Assembly: GCA_000708835.1 (NCBI GenBank)
Contig: DF237189.1
Location: forward strand, 1 to 64,000
Origin: Klebsormidium nitens
Taxonomy: Eukaryota; Plantae; Klebsormidiophyceae
Length of the DNA stretch: 64,000 bases
Reading direction: 5' to 3'
Each line of letters opens with the position of its first letter. The first letter of the stretch is position 1. The notes under the pieces are model-generated. The model ran no database searches and was not told the DNA's origin. It saw only the letters and a list, made by a program, of their open reading frames with translations. The position numbers were made by a program, and so were the translations under genes. This document shows positions 26,801-37,100 of this stretch, piece after piece.

Positions 26801-29606
26801 GTAGGGGTTTTGGAACTCTGTGCACAGCCGAAGGCGGCCGCATTAGTGTGCGGGTCGGGGATACTCTAGCCACGGACGTGACCATCCTTGACGACACCAG
26901 TATAACTATTGTCACTCTGCCTGGCACCGGGGGTGATCGGCCGGTGGTTATTATTCCCCCGGTCTTCGTCCGATTGCATCCGGGGGATGAAGCAGGTCAC
27001 TTGCTGGCCGGGCAAAGGATTGAGCTAGCAACGCGCTTTTCTTTTGGAGGTAAGACGGTTGCGGCGGAGTTTGACATCAACCGGGACTTCTTGACTCGAT
27101 GTTTCAGGTGGCCGTACCTGGCTCTGTTTTGAATGCTCGCAAACCTTTGTTGGGCTGAGTATGATTGAAACGTCTTTTCAAATGGTCCCTTTCGTCTTCA
27201 AGTTCATATTTCCCTCTATTGAACCCGGCCACGGCAACAAAGACGAATTCCTAAGAATCAAACGGATGAACGCTTCTCACGTGTCAAGAGGAGAGAATCT
27301 GGACAAGCACTTTGTTGTGGCACTTTATTGGAAGCTCGTTCGGCCTTCTTAACCGTGCAATACCTCCCGATTTGCAGGTCCCACTGTCCACCCTCTCCCT
27401 CCAGATGTCCGCATCCCCACTGAAGGTGGCCCCCTTTGCGTCACCGGCACCAATCTGGACGATCCGGACTGCCTCATCTCGGCCGTTGTGCACGACCGCA
27501 GGGGCGCCATTGTGGCGGATCCGGAGCCCATCGACGTCCAAGTAGCTGTTGCGACAATCGGCGGAATAAGGCTCCATATAGGGCCTGGTCCAGGCTCTCT
27601 GCGAAAGCTAGAGTTGCGAAATAAACATGGGACGACTTACTTCCGCATGTCCTACCAAGGTACTGGTTCTATCACAAATTCTGGCCAAGGAGTCGACGAT
27701 TGAAATGCGTCGTCTCTGACAGTGGCTAAAGTCGCTTTTGTCTACTTCGGTGCTTGAACTGCCTGCTGACGAGGATGAAGGGGGAATGAAGTTGGTTACT
27801 TGAGCCAAAGCCAGTCCGATATCAGTCCGTTGACCAGTCCGACTGGAATCACTTGTCGTAATTCTGCATTCATGCTATGTTCAGGCCCCGAAGTCACAGC
27901 CGTCGAGGAGGGCCGCGAATTGGGGACGGTGGGTGGTGCCAGATTGACCCTAGAAGGGCGCAACTTTGGTCGGCATGGGGACATTGAGCACGTCACTATC
28001 GGTGAGCAGCCATGCTGCGCCCGGTTGAGAGCTTTCTTAATAGTTTTGCTGCCCAAACAGTCGGTGTCAAGTGTCGTTTTGACACGGCGTGTTGATTCCT
28101 TGTTTGTCATCAACGTCCTTCCTTTATTCTCCCTCACATGTTGGTTAGCCGAGAGCTCGATCGGAAACAGTGTTAAATACAGTAGTTTGAAGTAGGCAAT
28201 CTACTTCCTTTTTTCACCTGACTCATTATCATGAGCACTTTTGCTTATCCGCTCCAGGGACGGATCGATGCCGGTTCAATCTGCTCGAAGACCACCGCAA
28301 GCTGCAAGTGACCGTCCCCTCGAGCTCTGGAGGACGGATGCCTATCCAAGTCACAGTTCGTGGGGCCCGTTCGCCTGTTCGAGACAATATCTTTGTCCAA
28401 TATGCTGCTCCAGTGGTCATATCCTGTACACCTTCTGCAAAGCCGGGTGACGTCATAAGTGTGACGGGTCGTCACCTCGGATCAACTATTGATCAGAACT
28501 GTCAGGTCACCATAGGCGGCATCCTCTGCGATTATGCTCGCGTCACCCTGGCTCACGTGAAACTTGACTGTAGGGTACCGGAAGGCGAGGGCAGGAATCA
28601 TTCTGTCCTAGTATGCATTTCTGGGCAGTGGTCCGCTCCCTCCACGGCCGTCTTCGCATATAAAGGTGAGCTCTGAAGCAGTCTCGATCCTCCCTCCCTG
28701 CACAACCCAGACATTGATTGACTTGCCGTACTGAGCCACATGACCGAGTCGGACTCAAAGCTCGTCCTTCTCAGCCAGCAGTGCCGAAGCCAACAGAGAT
28801 TCAAGTCTTATCGGATCCAGCACTACACTGATCAGTCTGTCGAGACGTTTGTTCGCGACTCCTTATCACGATTTATCTTGAAAAGTCAATAGGCTTGCAA
28901 GTGTGGGCAGATTTGGTAAGACTCCTACTTCTGTTCAAGCGTGTCTGTTATATTTTTGTAGAGAAGCCGAAGCAAGGCTCGGCGAAGAGGCCCCAACTGG
29001 GTGCGGAGCTGCCGGTGGTGTTTTCCGAGGCGGAGATTACAGGGGCTTGTCGGGTGAACGTGCAGTACCGGCTTATGAGATACTATGCGGATTACAAGGA
29101 CGAAAGGGCTCGTATGGGTAAGCTAGCCTCCGCTTGATGACAAAAGATGGGAAAGTGCATCCGCAACGATTGGAACGTGTGAAGGGTTTACGTATCGGAT
29201 CCATGGGTCACAAGCGAGCCCATTGTGTTGGACCGTATGTATAACTTCATCAGTACAAGAAGGCATGCTTTGTCACCGGGATTGCAGCAATTGATGTGGA
29301 CCCGTGCAGCGAGGCTGAGGCACGAGGTAATTGGCACTTCATTCTGCTTCACTTCTACATTGCAACTCATATATTCTGACCTTAATTGCAGACGCGTTTG
29401 GACAGCCTTTTGACAAGCGAAGCCAAGTGAAAGCTCAAGAGAATCATGACAAGGTATTAGATCGCCTCGTCAAAGTGGAGAAGCCCGCTAGAAGTGATAT
29501 ATGGGCGAGCATGAGGCACGCGTGGGAGCAAGAGAAAGCTCGCCGGGGGCTACTTCAACGAGATAAAGAGGCCCCGAGTTCGTCAAAACGGCAGCGTAAG
29601 GAGTAG
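20865..29606 (+). CDS. Large multi-exon orphan gene: RRM-like segment, CCHC knuckle, Cys-rich cluster, 4 x IPT/TIG, basic C-terminus (~1800 aa if all joined)
   Basis: Long ORFs 20865-21266, 21335-22579, 23034-23579 and 23589-24203. Phase-consistent GT-AG chain: ..22574 > 23008.., ..24170 > 24343-24702 > 24992-25601 > 25745-25990 > 26732-27049 > 27378-27659 > 27885-28001 > 28258-28665 > 28962-29117 > 29392-29606. The 5' end and the treatment of the TAA at 23577-23579 are unresolved. Confidence 0.6.
26732..28665 (+). CDS. Four tandem IPT/TIG (Ig-like) domains within the orphan gene
   Basis: Repeats of the IPT pattern P..(T)xGG..(V/L)T(I/L)xGx(N/G)FG...VTIG..C...V(P/T)xGxG...V.V....S....F.Y: EPITGPPHGGTLVTIRGRGFG, RIPTEGGPLCVTGTNL, LGTVGGARLTLEGRNFG and SAKPGDVISVTGRHLG..VTIGGILC..CRVPEGEGRNHSVLVCISGQWS. 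Confidence 0.8.
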
Positions 29607-30159
29607 ATCAAAATGAGATCATTCATAGTAACATCGTCAAAGCAAGCGCTCGCGAATATATAGATCTGTGTGGTCGGATTTTTGAGCAGGCTTTGAAATA
29701 GGATGCACGCGCGCGCCGCTGCAGCAATCATCAGGAATCAGTCCGATCGCGGATCGAGTCAACAGGAAACAGTTTGAGTCAAACAGGCAAACTTATTGAT
29801 TGTTGGCGCCGCAGCGTAAATGTATTGTTCACGTGACATTGATAGATGGCCTAGACATTGACTGGAGAACTCTTAAGGCTAAGTTAAATTAGCACGGCAT
29901 GCCGTGCGAGTTATACAAAAGTCCACTGTAGTGACTTGTGTTCTTAGGGTGAACAATACGACCCGGTCCAAATACTTTCAAGTGTTACCTTCTCAAGTGG
30001 ACATTGCATAGCAACGCCAAGCGAATGGAGGTTATGTACCGGTCTGACAACCTACATGACCCAACTGTATCGATTCTATGTACTGGCATGGAACATTGAT
30101 TCTGAGACTCCGCCTAACTTTTCATAGATACAGATTGTGCTTTTTCTAACCTAGCCTGA

Positions 30160-32879
30160 TCACCTCAGGTGGAGCCTCAGTTTGCGGGCCATGCTTCTTA
30201 ATACATAGACAACATTCCCGTTGTCCAGTACCTTCTTACAGAACACATCCGAGTCGACGTCGTGTGCGAGCGGGATGTCTTTGGTCCAGTCGGTGCTGAG
30301 GGCAAAAAGCGCCGGGCTCAACTCCGAGTACTTCCTCTTCAGGGCGACCTCCTGTCCCCTGCAGAGACAAGCGTTGCAGATTTAGAATCTTAAGAATAAC
30401 GATATTCCCGTGACTCAAAGCAAAGAAACTTGTAGGCCAGAAAGAGTACTAGACTCGGCAATTGCTGAGGCACACTCGTTGCAGGAGGTGCGTGGGTGAG
30501 ACCGAGAGGCCATTGAAGAGGCCTCACCTCATATGAGCGGAAATGAAGCAGGTTTCAGTATTGTCAGATATCAGCAGGATTTGTTTCCAAGTGGAATGCT
30601 TGACCTCTGCCAAAGTCAGAGGGCCCAGACAGCTTTGATTTCCAGCAACGCTTAGCAGCTTCAGAGTAAGTATCATTTTGAATGAGGCAGCTCAAAGCAG
30701 CATCTATTCTGACAGGTACCCTCATGCAAGCAGAATAGGTTGGCCCATCCAAAGTTTCCTAAGCTCTGGCACATTGCATCTCCAGATCTATAATCCACCG
30801 GAATCATTCAGCACTCCAAAGCTCTGATTGACAACCAGATTGTGCTAATCACACATTGCCTCACCCAAGCTGGAGAGCGGTGTCGCACGCATAGTCGGGC
30901 CGGGTGCCGGAGATGTGCAAGTCAACTTTCCCATGGCGGCCAGGTGGGTTCTTGATCAGAGTAGCCACTACGTCGTCGCCAGGGGTGTCGCCGCCCAGTT
31001 GGATGATGTGCACTTCAAACAAGGTACTTGTGTCATAGCAGAGGACCAGCGGGAACTCTGCGCCAGCAGAGGAGCCTCCACCGGAGTCACCAAGGGCGGG
31101 GCGCTGCAGAAACAAACAGCTCACATGGGTTCGAATACAGGAGAGGGCTCAGGAAAGGTGCATATATTTCTAACATACCCAAGTAAGAAGCCTCTTATGG
31201 CAGAATGCATTTCAATGATGTCCTGGGCACTCGAAAGAACACCTTCTTGTCCTAACAAAACCGCGACAAACCACTTTGGCTTCACTTGATACAAACAGCA
31301 CATTATAGTCTGAAGCTATTCTCATAACTTTGACTCACAGCCTGAAAGTTCAGAGATCCGTTGACTTGTGCTGTCAACATGACATGTGCTGCGCAGTATG
31401 CGATGCCCCACCTTCAGACACAGGAGCTACTTAGATCAGACCCCAGTGTTAGATGATGTGACTTCAATGCTAACCTTGGCTGGTGAGACCTTCTGGTACA
31501 TGCTCTTGAACGACCACTTGAACACCCGCAGGTCCTTGTACTCGAGCGCCTTGAAGAGGGCACGTGTATCCTCATTCCAGTAGCTGTCAGTGAGCTGCAG
31601 CTTTGCGAAGTTGAAGACGCGATCCTCTCCCCTGCCCTCGACAAAGTTTGGGTTGATGATGAGGCCATAGTCAAAAAAATCCTTCCTGTCCTTCCCGAAC
31701 TGAGGTGTCGAGGACCGCCCTTAAGCACTCCCCGCTTTCTTCTTGCTAGCAGCAGGAAGCGGTGTAAGGTTGACCTCAGCAGAATCAGCCTCCACAGTAT
31801 GACCAGGCATCACAAAGCCTTGTGGTGCCCCTTTGCGTGCCCGTTTTTCTGTCAAAAATAAAACCCAGAATCACTTTCCCAGGCCAAGGAAATGCACCAA
31901 GATTGCACCTTATCTGATCAAACAAAGTATTGGTCAGCTCCAAACGCAGAATCTCCAATGTCAGCCTATAAATTGCAGAAACATTTCCACCTGCGTGAGG
32001 GCTTGGCCTTTGATGCAACTTTGGAGCTGGTGTTAGGAAAGGAAAGGCTAATCACTTCTTTTAGCGTGACACGCCTCAGAAGGCCAAGGCGATCCAACCC
32101 TTCAGGATTCATTCGAGGTGATAATGTACTCAGAAGCTGCTGGAAGTATTGCATGACCAGTGGACATGTAGGGGAAGGGAGTATGACAGATGATTCAAAG
32201 CCCTCAACGTTGGTCAAACGCTTAGTCTCACATGTAACAAGATTTTGGACAGGAAGAGACAATCAGTAACAGGCATCATGTTTAGCATGATCCAGAGGAA
32301 GCTCCGCATACCTCGCTGAGATTGCACCTTGGCGAGCGCCACAGCTCTGCGGCGTTCCCCAACAGCTGCAGCAATGTTTCTGCCTCCAGTTCCGCCAGCA
32401 GTAGGGCCCCACAGGACGTCGTAAACGTCTTCTCCAAGAAAAAGCCGCGGTGTGTTCCGGAACATATTCATCTCAATGCCTTCCAAGTGTGGGTCCCCGA
32501 GGCTCTGTGCTGGAGGAAGAGCAAGTGCGAAGACATCCGACTTTACAAAGTGCTTGAAGGTAGTCAAGCACCAGCTTTTGAACTCCACACGAGACTTCGG
32601 TGCGCTGCTGATTGTGACGAATACTGAAGGCTGTACTTTGCTTTCCTTCTTGGGAGACGTGCCATCGCTTGCAAGGGGTCCGCTGTCATCATCTTCCAGT
32701 TGCGACCCCAAGTGACTGTGTGACTGAGTATTGCTCAAATTGCTGAAGCCAGGTGGGCTAGTACTGGCAGGATGCGCTGCGTAGACACGCGACACAGATG
32801 GTCTCGTTGGAGGAGCGTGAACAGTTGACCCTTGCGCATTGGCCGTTTGAAAACCCATGGCAGGACCCATGGCCGCCAT
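30160..32879 (-). CDS. Multi-exon orphan gene, function unknown
   Basis: ATG at 32879. Exon 32879-32328 ends at AAG/GT. Further protein-like exons: ~31710-31480 (FGKDRKDFFDYGLIINPNF..YKDLRVFKWSFKSMYQK), ~31105-30867 (FPLVLCYDTSTLFEVHIIQLGG..), ~30710-30605 and ~30358-30160 (GQEVALKRKYSELSPALF..). Some junctions are phase-compatible and others unresolved. Confidence 0.5.
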
Positions 32880-32964
32880 CTTTATCAGTAAGCATGCTTT
32901 GAAACTGTTTATGTATTACTTTCATTCTAGACTGAACATGCTGAATCCAGTGAATCCTGATCCC

Positions 32965-33289
32965 GCCATGTCATTGTGCATTCAAGTTGCCCAGTGCCGT
33001 TTTGGCGCCAATTTGGGTCATATTCAAAATGCATTGACACTACTTTTATACCGGGCACTCGAGTTCAGGTAATTGCCCCAGTTCACGACTTGGGCAAACA
33101 TCCAGGAATTTCCCCCGGTCCGACAGAGAAGCACGAAAAGCACGACCCACCCTCGACCTACACAATTGGTGACACCAAGATATGCATCTGCGGGATTCCG
33201 TGCGGTCGGGACCCCAATGAATGCGCGTTAATCTGGGGTCCGACGCCCGGTATTGCCCGTTTCAAAATCCGCACCATACATGTCCCGTG
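32965..33289 (-). repeat. Right decayed long inverted repeat of the 16-kb segment
   Basis: Reverse complement of the blocks in 17020-17255, with ~70 bp of extra sequence between the two outer blocks. Internal hairpin GTCGGGACCCC...GGGGTCCGAC at ~33205-33244. Confidence 0.7.
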
Positions 33290-34125
33290 TGCATGCAAAT
33301 GACGATTACACCGCAACGTGCACACATGTTGATAGCCATGCGCAGGCGTTGCGCACGGGCGGCTGGTCGCTCCGGCCCAACTTATCCGATGCATGAGAAT
33401 CAAAGTTCTCGTGTTATATTTCAGTTCTAACTTCAACTTGGATTCTTTATAGCCTTAATTACATAGCGCGATTCCACGTGTACTATAATCAAGCTTGCCT
33501 TCAGTCGAAAGTGTCTGATCAGACCACGTCGATATTGAGTCCAAAACATGGCAGATCAAACGCGGTGGCTGCGAATATGCGTGTATACATTTTGCGACAG
33601 AGCCTTGGTATAAGCAACCCCGACTGTCTGGTCGAATGCATGCTGTATTTACTGGCGTGCGAAAGGTGGTGTACTGAACTGAACCCTGAGTTCCAACACG
33701 TATCTTCTTGCAGGCCAGACACACCGTCACTAACCAGACTTATGCAAGTACATGCAGTAACGGTCAGCTGCTCGTCTGGAATTGGATTGCATCACTAGCC
33801 TAGCTCATTTTGCTGTCGCCCCGATTCGGAGCCTGGGTGCCCAGCCATGGGCCGCGGTGATGGATAGTCTGTCAGTCCTACTATATTGTCAGCACAGCTT
33901 CCAGTCCAACAAGGAGCACGCTGTTACGTTTGGCAACGCTGGCAATCCTTCATCTTATCACTGTCAACGGGTCGAGTCATTAACCGGCACCCAGATCCCC
34001 GCAGTCGCACACTCAACACCTTGGCCTGAAGCAAAGCCCGATCAATAAACTACCCAAACGTCGCGCTCTCCGCAAGCAGATACAGCAACTAAACGTTTCC
34101 CCGAACCTCTTCCGCGCCCCCGTCT

Positions 34126-37100
34126 CTACCACAGGTTTCCCTTCGATCGCGTCGAGGAGGGCACCAAATTCTTCCAGCTCGGCATCTGAAGCTCCTTCTT
34201 GGTCGGGGCCGGCGGCGGCGCGGCCGCGGCCGTCTTCGGTGAGAATAGGCTCTTCTCGAAGCCTTGTGTGAAGCCGGTCGCGATGATGGTCACGTGCAGC
34301 TCGCCCTCGTACTTAGGGTCGATCACCGCGCCGAAGATGACGTTTGCTTCAGGGTCCGCTAGACTTGTGACCACCTGCGAACGGGACGGAACAGGATTAA
34401 AAGCCGGTTTTGCGAAAGTCGACCCAGGAGAACAGCCCATCGCTGAGCCCTGGAACGCACTTCGCGGACCGTCCGACCGTAGATGTGGACGAGTGATTGT
34501 GCGAGAGGTTCAAGGATAGGAAGCCACAGTATTGTCATCCTCCTGAAAAGGAATGCTCTCTGCTATGACGTGAAGCACAGGGTGACAGAGTCAGCAGTAC
34601 GACTAGCACTCATAAGTGTGAAGACAGAAGGAGTCGCGAAGCTCACTCCAGGGGAAGAGAAAAAGAACGAGGCCAATCGCGGCTTATTCGCTCCCTTCCC
34701 CACACCGTGCTGACGGCGCTTCAGCTACAAATGTCCAAGATTCTTGCACGCTCCAACAGAAGGCAATTATTTGGTAGAGCAGAGCGAATCCCTGCTCCAC
34801 TACTTCAGGAGGTGCAAACCGCTCATGCCTTGCCCTTATGCGCGGCCCGTTTCTTGATTCGATCTTGCAAGGTGACTCACTTTGGACACCTCGTTGACCT
34901 CCTGCAGCGTGAGGTCCGTCCCCCCCGTGATGTTGTACACGATGCCCGTCGCGCGCTCGATGGACCGCTCGATCAGCGGCGCTGACGTGGCGGCCAGCGC
35001 GGCCTCCTCGGCGCGGTTCTTGCCCGTGGAGAAGCCGACGCCCAGCATGGCGCTCCCGCTGTTGCTCATAATCGCCTTCACGTCAGCAAAGTCCACGTTC
35101 ACCAGGCCCGGGATCTGCGGAGGAGTGGATAATCTGATTTCAACAAACTGAAAGGTAGGATATTTCAATTCTGGTGAAAAGTCTACGTGTACCAGGCCGC
35201 AATCTGTGGATGTCTTCGGATCTTACGATTCGAGTTTTGGTAATTCGGGATTCGTGTGTGGCGAAGTTATGGGGCGTGGATTGTTGAGGAGATCACGACC
35301 TTGGACTGTCTGAAGTTCCATGTTGTCAATGAGCTCAAAGGGAAACAGATGTCGGGGCGAACGGAAAGTCGATTCACCAGGCCCAGGACCCACGAGAGGA
35401 CAGGGTTTGGGCTGAGAATTCTAGGATGTGTGGGTTACTGAGGCTCGGTTGGTGCCGTGGCTTACTCTCAAAATGCGCCACTTAATTCACACGAGCTGAA
35501 TTCGATGGAGCGGGGATTGACGAGAAAGTGTGGCAGTACTGAAGCGGCAAAGTGGGTTCTCCTGGGCCGACTCCGTTCACTAAAGCTAACCAATCTTCAA
35601 ATCGTGAGGAAGTGTGCGTCTCCTCAATCGTAAGCTCTGCTTCAACGACACAACGGCCTGAAGCCAGAAATACTAGATGACGTAAAACCGTGCAAAGATG
35701 ACGTCAGCGGCGCGCACCGTGATGATATCCGAGATGCCCTGCACGCCCTGGCGCAGCACGTCGTCCGCGAGCAGGAACGCGTCCTGCAGGGGCGTCGCCT
35801 CTTGCACCACGTCCAGCAGCCGGTCGTTCGGGATCACGATCAGCGTGTCCACGTGCTTCCGCAAGTTCTCGATCGCGTCCAACGCCTGCGAAAGTTGGAA
35901 AAGTGTGCTCGCAACTACTTATGCCGTCACGCACTTGAATAGTGACTCAAGCATTTTAAAGGTAAAAGACTCGCAGACAGAAGTTTGAGAATAACGATCA
36001 GCGTGTCCACGTGCTTCCGCAGATTCTCGATCGCGTCCAACGCCTGCAACATTTGACGGTTGTCTCGGGGTTAGGGTTTGGCCAGTCCACGGTTTGGATG
36101 CGTATATGTACGATCCGCGTGTCCAGGCACTTCGCAAGTGTCAATGGTGTCCACGCCTGCATAGACAGGGAAATGATTCTCTGCAAACGGTTACCGCCGT
36201 TCAGCAGTTTGCGGGATCAACCACCCGCATCAGTGAGATTCCGGAATCACAATCAGCGTGTCCACGTGCTTCCGCAGAATCTCGTCCAACGCCTGCAAAA
36301 CATAGTCATGTTTCAAGTGGTCGATGTTTTGCTAGGCTAGGTTGTTGAATGTCACAAATAGTGTCCACGAGCTTCTGCATGTTCTTGCTCGCGGCAAACG
36401 CCTAGCGACGCAGGAGGTGAATGTTCAAAAATGTCGGACAATGACAGACCGGCAAAAGTTCTGGCAGAAGTTCCACTGCAGTCGCAGTCAGGCTCGCTAC
36501 GCAGACAGAAGGACTCCAACGTTCCGCGGCGATTCAACGTGCTTCTACAGTTGGTGAACTGCGTTCAACGCATGTAGAGACGCCATCTGAGGAATATGAT
36601 CACAAAATGCAACGCCTACGGTTTTGTAAGGTTTCGAGAAGGTCGACGTATGGCCAAGAAAGCAAGTGGACACACTGAGGTTGCGCATTGCCCATGCAAT
36701 CAAATCTTAACGTCAGCACGAACTTCCGTTCTTGTCTTGTCACGCTGCCCTCGATAAGACCAGATGCGCTTGAAAATGATGCACTTCGAATAGGAAAGAG
36801 CGGTGGGGCTGTCTACGTCCTTGGCCGATTGAAGAAGGGGCCGAGTGGCCTCGCATGCAAACCGCAACAGGCAAGCTAAAATTGGTTATCCACATGTCCA
36901 TACGGTTCCAGGTGGTCAATTGGGTCGTCAATTTTTAAAAACATTTCCGATTCACCCCTCGTTTCTTCAAAGCCGACCAAGAGTCATCCACTCGTGAAGC
37001 TATTTAGCTCTCAATTTGTTTCAGCAATCACGTCTGGTAGTCGACATTTCTCGAAAAGAGCAGAAAGCTTTTCGATCTCAAGCAACGACTCTCGCCCCTG

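Larger units (their letters stand above)
17020..33289. mobile_element. Putative ~16.3-kb long-TIR element (Mutator-like architecture) carrying two convergent orphan genes
   Basis: Three collinear inverted blocks: 17020-17047 vs 33262-33289 (24/28), 17119-17144 vs 33100-33124 (22/26, first 12 nt identical), 17196-17228 vs 32991-33025 (25/35 columns). The internal genes point inward from each end. No TSD or transposase was identified by eye. Confidence 0.6.

Noticed and set aside
16827-33522. 9-bp direct repeats as TSD candidates for the 16-kb element (TCTGATCAG at 16827/33514; GTTGCGCAC at 16843/33348)
   Set aside because: The sequences immediately inside them are not inverted repeats of each other, and a 9-mer match is expected by chance in windows of this size.
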